Below are positions 37,501 through 50,429 of a stretch of DNA of 64,000 bases, piece by piece. The position numbers and the translations under genes are program-made. This DNA is from the human T2T-CHM13v2.0 reference genome, Homo sapiens, in assembly GCF_009914755.1 (NCBI RefSeq), contig NC_060930.1; one strand, given 5' to 3'. Positions within the stretch are counted from its first letter, which is position 1; each line of letters opens with the position of its first letter. The notes beneath the pieces are model-generated. The model made no database searches. It had not been told where the DNA came from and worked only from the letters and a program-made list of their open reading frames with translations.

Positions 37501-39330
37501 GCGAATCCTGCTCCAGACACAGACACCAACACCATTCACTCCAGATAATCTGTTCCCTGCTATGCTCTCTATTGTACATTGCAACTCACATACAGTATTG
37601 ATCCTTTTTATGCTCTTGCTTTGTCTGCAACCTGTACCTGCTATACTCTATTGGGCTCATATCTTAGATCCACCTTTCTTTTGCCCTGTCACCTGGGCAG
37701 ACACCCCCTTCCCAGCCTCTAATAATGTAACTACTTGGCTAGGAGGGATAGATTTACCCCCAGTAGGGTTCCTCATTAATGGTACACACTGGACTAAGGT
37801 GCCAGGTAACACTACATGTCACTCCACTATCCTCCCACTGTGTGTAAGTTATAAAAGTTCTAACCCTTACTGTGTACCTGCCCAAACACAATTATGGCTA
37901 CATCATGGCAAAGGAAATCCCTTAACAGTCTTAGTTGTAGGCAGCCTCAAACCAGGCAATGCAATCAATGCCACTTTCCCAAACATTTCTCCCTGTGCTA
38001 AAAAACAAAGCCAAGAAGGTAGTGGATTCCAGTTTAGCTGGGAGGTCTGTCACAGGGAACAGGCCCATAGCCTCCAGTTAGACAACTATAACATCTTTGA
38101 CTGGAGCCCCTACAGCCATTTTCAGGGCAATTGTACTGATGTCCATGTCTATCGTGGCATCAGTGACAGTTTCATAGCCACGTCCTGTTCTCTTATTATT
38201 TGGGCCAATAGGGAGATGAGATATCCCAGACCCCAAGTAGAGTCCATGCTACCTCAAGAAGCTTTATGGTACCTGGGATATCTTAGCACCCCTCTTAACA
38301 CCTGGCATTAGACATATCATAATTCCAATCACAGTTATACTAATGAACTTTTTTTCATAATCAAACTGATCAGTGCCTGATTTGTACTACCCATCCTTAT
38401 GTTTTCCTTATGGGAACCAATATTTCTATTACACCCCAAAACTCCATGTTTGTGACCCAAGTGTAGGGACAGGCTTGGTTTGCTTCTTGTATCTCTAATT
38501 ATAATATATCTAATTTAAATATTACTAGTGTCATGGTGTTGAGAAGACAATCTGAGCCTTTCCTACCAGTCAATTTAACACGTGATTGGCAACGTTCCTC
38601 TGCCCTTGCCATCTTGGAACATGCCCTGTCCCAAATGAGACACAAAAGACTTATAGTTATACTTTTAGCCTTTATAGTCTCAGCCACAGTCATCCTAGCA
38701 ACTGCTAGTGTTGCTGTAGCATCTATTACTGAATCAGTACAAACAGCTACTTTTGTAGATATTTGGCCAAAAATGTGTCTAATGAACTTCTCTTACAGCA
38801 GGATATAGATCAAAAGATTCTTGCATGTCTGCAAGCCCTCAAGGCTGCCTTGGAATATGTGGGGGAGCAACAAGATGCACTGGTATTCTGACAGCAATTA
38901 AACTGCAACTGGGAACAAAAACATTTCTGTGTCACTTCTCTACCACGAAATCAATCAATACATAGTTCAGATGAGGTGAAACAACACCTCTGGGGAACCT
39001 TTCATGACAATTTAACAGCAGACATAAAGCCACTTAAAACTAAAATTCTAAAATCCCTAAACACCATAGATCTACATGCCCAACAATCAGCCATATGGAA
39101 GGGTGTAGGAGATCATCTCTCCTGGATAGACCCCCACTCCTGGGGGGAGTCACTCCTTGATTGGAAAAGACTGTTGCTAATTATTCTCATGTTTGTCTTA
39201 CATTATTTACTAATTCTAGGATGCAAAGCTGGAGTATGAGTTATAACTGCCGTGCCTAACAAACCTGTTGCTGCACACATCTGTATTCTTCAATCAACAA
39301 AACCTGATGCTAAAAACAGAAAAGGGGGAG
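37355..39330 (+). pseudogene. env: HML-5 env, disrupted; 5' 318 codons (37355-38311) are open
   Basis: Hydrophobic signal VLILFMLLLCLQPVPA then ILYWAHI; FLPVNLTRDW; furin site RHKR at 38638-38649; fusion peptide LIVILLAFIVSATVILATASVAVASI; TM anchor LLLIILMFVLHYLLILG; stop at 38309-38311 and later lesions. Confidence 0.92.
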
Positions 39331-39331
39331 A
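39312..39331 (+). promoter_or_regulatory. Polypurine tract
   Basis: aaaaacagaaaagggggaga immediately before the 3' LTR. Confidence 0.9.
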
Positions 39332-39805
39332 CGGAGGAGATTGGTCAGGGTGGTGGGAAAAATTGTAGAAAGATGCAAACCTTCTTGGAAGGCCAGGAGG
39401 TTTTACAAAGGCTTTAGAAAACGATTTGGCTGAAGGCAGCCAGATTGTCTTATCCAGTGCTTGAAAGCTTAGTTTAGATAACAAGGAAGTGTAAAGAAAC
39501 TCATCTAGATAAGTTAGTCTACTTAGGCCTCTGAACGTGGCCTTTGATCATCCACATGCAGGACTACTCTCTTCAGGGGTGGGGGTAGCAACCATGTTAA
39601 TTACCCACAAGTGTGTTGACTCAAGGCCTTTGTCATTAAATCTGTACCGAATAAATGCCCACAGTGCTGGCTTGTCAGGGCCACGGCTGCTACAACTCTT
39701 TCTGTGAGTGGTCCAGTCCCCTAGCCTGCTCTTTCACTGGAAACCTGTGTCTGAGTGCATTTATTCATCTGTCGCTCCGTCAGGGTCTGCAAGTCGGGCC
39801 CGGCA
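39332..39805 (+). mobile_element. 3' LTR (LTR22 family)
   Basis: Ungapped match to the 5' LTR (31 substitutions in 474 nt by hand count); terminal TGT has mutated to CGG. Confidence 0.92.
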
Positions 39806-41937
39806 GCTACATACATTCACTGAACTGTGCGAGTATTATTTGTGCACTTTTAGGTATGTATGTTTTCCTTCAATAATATTTACACTTTCCAAAATGTCAA
39901 TGAACATCACCTCTCCTAGGATGCTATTTCTGTGATATCTTTTTCTATCTTAGGTGACCCTCCCATCTGTAGCCTCCTTGTACCTAAACTATTGGAGTTA
40001 CTTAAAAGCAAGAGACAATATTTTTTTTCCTTAATTTATCACCAGCAACCAGAAAAATTCTGCCTATTAATTTAGGCTCAATAAATCTATGCTTAATTGA
40101 AGACAGAATTAATAATTGAATGACAGATATGTTAGATCTGCATAATCAAATATGAGTACCAAGAAGAATAAGACAATTAAAAATTTCTGACAACTATGAT
40201 CTTAAGGAGATAAGAAGATTCCTTAATTTAAATAGAAATTTCTAGTTAGGATGTGGATACTGATCATCATTATTTCATATCCCACACATTTTAAATTATT
40301 AATATTGACATTAAATTATGGAGGCTACTTGCCTGGAATTTATCTTATTCTTGAATTTTCATTAAAAACAGCTACTAGTCCCAGAAATGTGGTCAAACAG
40401 TATTTAGTAATTTATAAATAGAAACTTTCTGATAACAGTATATTGGGATTTATTTATTCTCTGAATACTTATGGAGCTGCTTTTATTTGAGAGCATATTC
40501 TATATTCTGAAGATAAACATGTAAAGAAAGTGAGTTCCTTTCCTCAAGGAACTTACTGGTGGGAAGATAGAAATGCATATGTAATAAATTTCATGCTAAG
40601 ATTTACACAGAATGCTGGTGAACGTTTTAGAAGCCATATCTCAGATAAGAAAAAGCCCAGCCCTCAAACTTCTCTAGGGCTAGATAAGCTCATGTCTTCA
40701 AAACAAGTGCTCTCTTTATGTCAGAGATTTGTCTTCATGTGAGTTTTGATGTTCTATCCTCCAAGGTCATCAGACCAGGGAGCTAGTGGGAAAAGTAGAT
40801 TTTGGATCTGAGGATACAGGATAGTCAGAGCTATTTGAGAGTCATGAGTGTCTCATATTTCCTATGAAGTTGAAGGCAGAGATAGAGTCTATCACTTACA
40901 GATTTTTTTTATGTTGCAGATACTCAATCCATATTTGTTTATTTGTGAAATCAGGGATGTGGTTGTAATCTCTGGTTTCATCTCTGATATGTAAAGATCC
41001 TATTAGTCATCTCTCTCATCTTTAAAACAAGAAAAAGCTGGACAAATTGAAAATCAATTACTTTTTCTCAAGCCCATTGGAGAACCACTACCCTGAAATA
41101 AAGGAGAGAGAGAGATCCAGAGAGACATCTGAGATCTGTGTACCTGGAGCAGAAGCAGCTGGAGCATAAATTTGTATAAATACTTAAATGGTAACTTTGA
41201 TAAATTGCTAAATTATTTGATAAAATGTTAAGATAGACTGGGTGCTGTAGTTTTGTAGGTGGTCTATATTTGCATGAGCTTTATCTTCAGGAAGATATAT
41301 GAAACATCCCCTTGTGACTCTGGCAAGTAAGGGGAAAAGTAACCATTGTGAAATACACCCAGAGTCTTCTCCATAACAAAAGCCTATTGTGAAGAAAAAA
41401 GGATTTTGCTGGAATGTTATCCCACGTGGGGGAAAAATTTCTTATACTCCAGTCCCCTCCAACCTTCTTGTCTCAGCTAATGAACAAAAAAACAAAAAAG
41501 AAAATAAATCAAAACCAAGTCAATAGGTCAGTAATTTAAAGAAAAAGATTAAAAACACTGGAAAATGCTGCAGCTAGGCAAGGTAGTTAAGAGGCAGAGG
41601 AATACAAACATTTGTGAAGGTCACAGCCCTGAGACACAGGCTCACGAAAAGTTAGAGATTTAGCCCCAAGATTATAGAATACACCCCCTTCTCCATGACT
41701 TAACAATACACCAACAGGATTTCAGTATAATAAAATGGATCACAACTGAAAAAGCTGTAAGACACATGCTCTCTCTGTGGAGGAGCACTTAGGCAAGCTC
41801 AAAATAAAGACGGGTGGCCAAAAAATGACACTGGGGGAACTTGAAGACTCTGGCACCTATAGCTACAGCAACACTGAACACAGCATAACTCATAACCAGA
41901 TTAACATAAATTCTTATACTAAAAGCTTATTTATTTA

Positions 41938-42300
<363 letters not shown>

Positions 42301-42664
42301 ATAAAACATATCCAGCTTTTGATGTGAAATTATAAGACATGCCAAAAGGTGGGGGAAAAAAAAACAGAATCTGAAGAGACAAAGTAATCATCATCACTCA
42401 GATAGGATACAGATTTTTGAAATTAGACTGAGAATTTAAAAATAATTATGATATGTTAAAGGCTTTGGCGGAAAAAGTGGTCAAAAAGAAAGAACAGATG
42501 GGTAATGTAAGCAGATACTCAAAAATCAAAAGGAAACAGTCACAAAACACTGTGACTGAAAGGAAGAATGCCTCTAATAGGCTTATCAGTAGACTCAATA
42601 TAGGTGAGAAAAGAAACAATGAGGTTGGTGATAAGTGACATCCAAGATCTTTGGGACTATTTCA

Positions 42665-43078
<414 letters not shown>

Positions 43079-43579
43079 TTAATGACTATCTCCAAACCAC
43101 AGATCCAGCAAGCTTAGAAAACAAAAAACAGGTATATACTAAATAACAGCAAAAAATCTATACACCTAGCTATATCATGTTCTAAGTGAAAAACAACAAC
43201 AAAACCACATGCAAAAAAAAAAAAAAAAAAAGACAAAGAAGCCATAGGGAAAGAAAATCAGACTAAAGGGGAAAGGGATAGGAATTACAGCTGACTTCTT
43301 GTCAGAAACTACACAAGCAAGAAAAGGGTGGAGTGAAATCATTAAAATGTTGAAAGATATGTTCATGTGACAGTGGAGCTGTACATTTAATATTAACAAT
43401 AATAACCTGGAGAACTAATTAAAAATTCAGAAAGCTTTCCCCAGCCTCAGAAAATCCTAACTGGGGGCCTCTCACATAGGTCCTGGAGAGGTGCATCTCA
43501 AAAGGTAACTCAAGATGATTCTGGCCAAAGGGGTTCATAAATCGCATTTTAAGAAACACAAACCATGTTATAAAGCAGG

Positions 43580-43978
43580 TTCCAAGATAGGATGAGACAT
43601 GCAAGGACCTTATTAGGGAAAAGCCGGAGAGACAAAATGAAGAGGAAGCCATGGAAGTTTGAGAGAGACGTCAGACCACCATGCAAGCCTCACCCCGGGT
43701 GAAGGAGAAAGCAAAAAAAGGTTGTGTACGAGTGTCCTAGAATGCCATGTATTCTACAGAAAATCCAATCAGGTTGTTGGGGAGTTGCTGGGACCAAGTA
43801 GGCTATCACAGGAGTCTCCTGTCTCCTGGGAACAGGCCAACATCAGTGTGCTAGTTGCATGCTGTCTGTAGCCTGAGGCAGCCCAGGGAAAGTGTGGCCT
43901 CAGTGCAAATGCTGTGATGGAATTCAGCACATAACAGCTGTAGTTGGTGGTCTATAAGGTGAATTTTCATGGCTGTCA
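43580..43978 (-). mobile_element. Old ERVL LTR (LTR16 family)
   Basis: 'cagaccaccatgcaagcct', 'aggagtctcctgtctcctgggaacaggcc' and 'gcagcccagggaaagtgtggcctcagtgcaaatgc' resemble reverse LTR16. Confidence 0.65.
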
Positions 43979-44459
43979 GAGTACCAAATGGAAATTATTA
44001 TTTTATGTTAAATTTTTATAATTCAATAACATCCTCAAGAAGTAATTAAATCTCAGGCATGTTATATAGTTTTCCAGTGATCACATAAATAGTACATGGA
44101 GGATTAAAACTTAGATTTTCTTACTCTTAGGCCAGGATTTATTATTTTCAATACTAGCACTATTTTTACTGCACAGAGAAAATCAAATTAAAGTAAAGCA
44201 TTTAGCAAAATTTTAATATGGCCGGTCTATGGGTGAGCAAGGAAACATAATTGTCAGAATCACTTAATTCTTTTCAATTACTGAGACAGTCATTTCCAAA
44301 GTAAACCAGGAAATTAATTTTAAAGAAAAATATCTGCTAACTTTTAGTGATAGTTTCTTGGCACCAAATCTACTCTTCTATACTCTGTTTTGTGATAATG
44401 AGAATTATGAAAACCACTTTTCCATTTGGGCATCTGGATTCCTGTTAGACTTTTTCAGT

Positions 44460-45061
44460 AGGAGGCACTAGGGTTGTCTACACTGCTGGAGGAAGAAGAA
44501 GAGGCTTGCTGTGTCATGTCTGTTTCCTGCAGGCTCTATGCTTCTTCTTTCCTGTATCCTGTTTCTGTGAGTGTCAGCCCAGCTATGATTCTTTCCCTCA
44601 ATAGTAAAGCAGGTCCTGACTGTAACAGCAGCTGAATCAAGACTGCACATTTTTTTACACTTGTAGACCGACCCTCCCTCTCCAGCAGTACGGCCAGCCA
44701 GTGCCTCCTTCTCAGAAGTGGAAAAGGCCGGGTCCCAGTCCTGGGAGCTCTTCCTCTGAGCTCAGAGACACCAGCACAAGATGAGCAGCTCCTTCTCCTC
44801 AGAAGGCTGAGTTTCTACTCCACAGGGCTTCTCCTCTAAGCTTCCATGTTGTTATAATTCCAGACTTTTCCTTTCTTTTTGTAGCCCTAGAAATGGAGGC
44901 TTTGTCCTGCAATACTATCTCCGTTACACCTTAGTATTCTTTTCTGGTCTTTTGAGTTCTTTATTAAACCATTTTATACTCAGTGAACAATCCTTGCATT
45001 GAGTAATTTCTGTTTAAGTAATAGGTATATTTTTTGTCCCTTGATTGGACCCTGAGTGATA
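44460..45061 (+). mobile_element. Old ERVL LTR (LTR41-like)
   Basis: 'tgcctccttctcagaag', 'gagctcagagacaccagcac' and the ending 'gattggaccctgagtgata'. Confidence 0.5.
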
Positions 45062-45470
45062 GGAAGGAAGAAATGAAAGAACAGATAATCCAATGCTTCT
45101 GATATATAATCTATTATTAGATTATATCTGGGTTAGAATTATAAGCAAGATATGTTCCAAGCACAAATAGGCATTAGTTGAAGTCTAAGAAATAGATTCA
45201 CAATGATTCAGAAAAAGTTTTCTGAATATGTAGGTACAATAAGTCTGATGTAAAACATTTACTTAGAAATGAATAAGCTTTGTTGACTGCCCGTTTCCCA
45301 CTTCTCAGGGCTGTTTTTTTTTTTTTTCTCTCTCCCTCTGAATTTAAAGTAATAATCCTCCAGATAATCTGTACCAGTGATTCTCAATGACTCTGGGAGA
45401 AATGTAATAGAAAGTGGGTTTAAATCATGTATTGCAAAACACGTATAGAGTTGAAATTTATTGTCCAAAT

Positions 45471-45823
45471 TGTATTAGTCTTGTTTTCACACTGCTATAA
45501 TGAACTACCTGAGACTAGGTAATTCATAAAGAAAAGAGGTTTAATGGACACACAGTTCTACATGGCTGGGGAGGCCTCAGGAAACTTACAATCATGGCAG
45601 AAGGCAAAGAGAAGAAAAGTATATCTTACGTAGCAGCAGGGGGTGGTGGGGGAACTTCCACACACTTTTAAACCATTAGATCTCAGGAGAACTCACTAAC
45701 AGGAGCACAGCAAGGGGAAACAACCCGTATGATCCAATCACCTCCCACCAGGTCCCTCCCTTGACACATGAGGATTACAATTCAAGATGAGATTTGGGTG
45801 GAACATGAAGCCAAATCACATCA
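45471..45823 (-). mobile_element. THE1D/MSTA-type solo LTR
   Basis: Runs from 'tgtattagtcttgttttcacactgctata' through 'gaggcctcaggaaacttacaatcatggc' to 'gccaaatcacatca'. Confidence 0.9.
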
Positions 45824-45993
45824 AAATTTTCTCCATACATGGAATCAGATCTGGTAGAAACCTGGCTACCCTCCACATTACTGATGTGTTACAATGGCAT
45901 CAGTAGACACACAAGAGCGTTCTCACAAACAGGCTTACGAATTTGTGCTATTTATTATGAAATGTGGCATAGAATAGATTTTATTATGGTAGT

Positions 45994-46351
45994 TGGATTA
46001 GTCACGATAGCCTAGCTTTGCAGCAGTAACAGGCATAAAAGTTTATTTTTCACTCACATAGTATTTATTGTGGGGTCAGTGGTTCTGTAAGGAATTTATT
46101 TTCAGTGACTCAGAGATCTAAGTTACTTTCCCTCCTGTGATTTCATGATCTCTTTCTCCATGACAGCAAAAGAGAAAGCGAGAGAGTTTCAATGTAGTTC
46201 TTTAGTGATTCAACCCATCAGAGAGACATATCACTTCCAATCACAGCCATCTGTCAGATAATGTATTCACACCATCCAGTCTAACTTAAAGGTAGTGGAA
46301 AAAGTGGAGGGAACACATTGATATTCAATGACCAGTAAACGCCTCTGCTAC
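45994..46351 (-). mobile_element. Old MaLR LTR (MLT1K-like)
   Basis: 'ttagtcacgatagcctagctttgcagcagtaaca', 'acatatcacttcc' and the ending 'ctctgctaca'. Confidence 0.55.
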
Positions 46352-47579
46352 ATTAGTCATCATTGACTCACCATAAGATGCGTGATTCTGCCGTAGTGAT
46401 GAATTTCAGGATCTGTAGAAATCTTAGGGCATATACTTCTTAAATGTCAAAGGTCTACTGAAAAGAGAGGAGGGATTTTTGTCATGAGTAGGAGAGTTGT
46501 TGAAAAAGAAGGGCCTTTCTCACCAAACCCATTTTATTTTCTAATCGGACAATCTTACAATGACAGATATTTTTCCACACCTAAATTATTAGCACTCTAG
46601 CAGATGTTGCCAAAAAAGGTTTAATTTTAAGCTGTAAAATACAACTATAGCATTGCATTAGATGTGACAATTAAAATGCATCTGGGTGATGCAATGAAAC
46701 TTTCACAATGATCTTAATGAGAGCTGAGGTCATACATGAAGCCTGATTTCTCATGTGTGGTGTAATTGTACAAAAGTATTGTTAAAAAAAATCCTAAACG
46801 TGGCAGTTTTTCAGAGGAGACAATTGTGAGGTTTCAGACATTTTATCAAAACAACAGCCATAAATAAAACACCCCACTTCTTAGCAAGCAGTGTTAGTTG
46901 AATGACTTTCACAAATGTTTGCTTGTTCCCCTTAGAAGGTCATTCTTTTAAATAGTGCTATTGACAATCACACCATTCTGGAACATGTATGATAAATTTA
47001 GGGCAGATTAATTTCAGGAGAAGCACTCTCACAGATAAGGAGCTAATAGATGGGGAGTATAGTTGACTATAATATACAGTCAAGTGCCGGGCTGTGTATA
47101 AAATTAAGCAGTATTTCTTTTGTGAAGTGCTCACACTTTGAATTGATTTTTGTCATTGGTTGGGTTTCACAAGACCCCTGTGTTCCAATATTTCTTTTAC
47201 TTTTCATCAGGCATAAGAGCTCTGTGTGCCCATAGCAAACAGTCATTGTTTTCATTTGTAGCAAATTACTAAGATAAAAATGCAATTAATTGCCCTCTGG
47301 ATCTCTGCTTACTATGCTGTAAATTAAACTAAATGACAGAGTTGCAACTATTAGAACCGGAAAGAACCTCATGGTTATCTATCTCCTGCTCAGTTTTTTC
47401 ATTTAACCAATGAGAAAACAGCCCCTGATGAAATGACCTGGCTTGCAGCTTGGCTGGTCACTTAGCCTGCACTTACTATCCTTATTGTAAGAACTCTTTT
47501 CTTGCATAATTCTCAGAATTGCTGTAAGAATCAAATTAACTACTGTATGCAATTTTTTGAAAACAGTAAAACTCAATAA

Positions 47580-47835
47580 CAGTAATGATTATAAAGATAG
47601 CATTTACTGAGCAGCTAGTATGAACCGGGCAATACGATTTACATATATGACCTCACAAATCATTATAACCCTATCAGGAAGGTACACTTATTATTTCAGT
47701 TAAAAAATAAACAGGGTCGGAGATTTCTCGGGCATAAGCTAGCCAGTAGGGGAGCTGGGAGTTAGCGGAGGGATTTCAACAGTACACGGAAGGATTCACA
47801 GCCCGTTTTGAAACGGAGCCCATACTGCACCACAA
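47580..47835 (-). mobile_element. MIR SINE (further MIR/MIR3 pieces at 47340-47570)
   Basis: 'agcatttactgagcagctagtatgaaccgggc' and 'accctatcaggaaggtacacttattatttc'. Confidence 0.6.
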
Positions 47836-49261
47836 TGTTCTTACTCACAGTACAAGGTTTTCCCAGTTATAAATTTGTTTCATAGAGTTTTTTAGAAGCT
47901 GAAAAACATTGAAACTGCCTATTCCTTTCTAGGCTTAATTTTGATGCATTTACACCTTTCGTGTTGAAGTTTTAACAAGGAATGGAAAATAAGAAGCTTT
48001 CCGACAGTACCATAGATATTTTCAGCTCACCCCTTGGTTTCCTATTTGCCGCATGTTTTGCCAATGGAGCCTCGAAGTGTCCAGTGCTATCATATCCACA
48101 TAAATCTCTCATCACTCTGCGTTCTGCTTCCTTGTTGCCATAAGCAGGAAGCTGTAAACACTACGTCAGGAATGCAGACGATAACCCAATGATCATGGAA
48201 TGGCGTCTGCGCATGTGCCGTTGTGTACATGTGCCCGGCAATGTTAAAATGCTGCCACCTTCTGTTTAGCCCAGGTGCTGCTGATGCAACCCACCGCTTC
48301 CCCTGTCCTCTAAGCTGATTTGTACTGATCCTGAATTGTACTTCTGCAATATATAATATGACAAGGAAAATGCAAAGCCTGCCAAAAAATCTTGATAGTC
48401 CCAGCTTTTGTACTGCAGCACTTGAGAAGACCATTCCTACTGCCGTCCCACTAAAGTGCACTCAATATTTCTGACAGTAAATTATCACAGCAGGAGTTTA
48501 TCTCAGCATTCATGTGGTGTTTTAACCATTTAAGGATTCAAGAGGGGAAAGTTAAACAGGGTGGGGCTAATGTTCAATTGTTCGGGTGGTCGTGGGTTAC
48601 ACTCAGGTTTCCTGAATGTTGCAAGGGGTCTAGGTTTATTCTCGGGTGCGTTTTCTGCTGAGACACTCACAAGAAATGAAACAGACTGGGCAGGATCATC
48701 AATTTGTGAGGGAAGAACACCAGCACCTGCACTGTTGTCCAACTGTAGGAGTTGCACTGAAGGGTTAGTGTGTACCTGACCCCACCAAGCTGGGACTCTG
48801 GCAGCTGGCACATCAAGGACAATCACCTCTTTCTTATCAGCAGTAAGCTATTTTTCCCCCAGGACAGGAAGCTTATAACAGTTACTGACACCATAGAGTG
48901 ATTCCCTAGATCTGGAACTTGCCAGCCTAAAACACTAGCCCGAGACTCTCCCCATAAAATGAGAACAGGGTTGCATTTTATCTCAGTCCCACAGCACTAC
49001 CAAATTAGCTTTGCCCAGGACGATTTTAATAACTAGCACATGACCACCCCATCCATGTGTGTACACTTAGGTCTGGAGAGTAGGGTCTCCTTATATCATT
49101 AAAATACCAGGATTGTTTAGTAAAGCTGGAAAGCAGGAATGGAAAATAGTTTTAGAGGCCAAAACTGTCTAGTTAAGTGCTTGTTGACCAAATTTTTATT
49201 GCCTAAGAACCTTATGCCTTATATACCTATGATTACACTCAAATCCTCTCTTGAGTCTGAA

Positions 49262-49370
49262 ATGTATGTATATATACATATTATTATATTATATATACAC
49301 ATTATAATATGTTATATATACACAATATATATTATACATACACATTATAATATATATACACATACACATG
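49262..49370. repeat. Degenerate (TA)n/tatatacacattata low-complexity repeat
   Basis: Directly visible; it explains the I/Y/H-rich stretch of ORF 49139-49645. Confidence 0.85.
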
Positions 49371-50429
49371 AGAGTCAAAGGAATCTGGTTTTACATCTTG
49401 TTATTGGATACAAGAAACAAATAAAATATATATTATTTCCTTCTAAATTGGAAGCTATTTTTTTTAAATGCCTAATTTCTCAATTTTTCTTGCCAGTACA
49501 AATAATATTCTTAATTCCCTTATTTACTTCACATATGCATCATTTTTCTAGAAATGCTTCTCTATATTTTAAGAGCTTTGCTTATATTAGATGCTTAACA
49601 TCAGTTGAAGACAATCTTACTGCTCTTGGACTTTATAAATCCTGAAACTAATTACTAATTTAATAGCAAATAATTTCCAACATAGATGAACAAGCCAGAT
49701 TTTCATAGTTTTAAGAAAGAATTCTGTGTCCAGGGAAAATTAATATGTAAGTATAAGGATTCTATGTAACCACCCATATAGAGAGCAGTCCTCTCCCAGC
49801 CCTGGTTGAAATGATGTCAGCAGAGAGCTTCCTGCAGGGCAATCTCTGTACTTTTCAGTATGGTCCAGAGCCAGGCACCTACAATGAGTCAGACACCGAA
49901 AACGACCCTGACTTAGTAAATCTCAGGTGGGTCTAATGTAACAACAATTCAGGTAAGGACAATTTCCACACTCTTTGCTACCCAGACTCCCGTGCCTTTT
50001 AGTAAAATTTACATCTTCAATTTTTTTGAGTTGATCAAATACAAGCATGACTTCCCAGTGCTCTGATTTACTCACATATTCTTTAACAACAAACTGCTTT
50101 CTCCTGATAACTGAGCTTCATAATATCATTCCATTTAATATTTATAAATAAATATTTATTTACTATGTATTTACATGATTAGATATATACTTATAACATA
50201 TGTATTTAATCTGTGTCCTCAGAATCACACAACCTGGAACTCTAGTACCTTTTTGACAATCTTGCACTGTATCTAAATGATACAATTAAAAGGGAGCTGA
50301 GAAAGACATATTATTTGTCAGATTTGCCAAGGCAGGAAGGAATGAATTTCCTTTAAATCAGATTCAGAGAAACGAGTTGTTTTAAAGCTAAATTGGGCAA
50401 GGGAGATCTTGATCCCTTTGGTAAATATT

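Larger units (their letters stand above)
32063..39805 (+). mobile_element. HERV-K(HML-5)/HERVK22 provirus, near full length (7743 bp)
   Basis: Two 474-bp LTRs, perfect 6-bp TSD gctaca (32057-32062 and 39806-39811), tRNA-Met PBS, betaretroviral gag-dUTPase/pro-pol-env order, and a PPT. Confidence 0.93.

Noticed and set aside
49139-49645. 168-aa ORF
   Set aside because: Crosses a TA-rich low-complexity repeat; composition is not protein-like.
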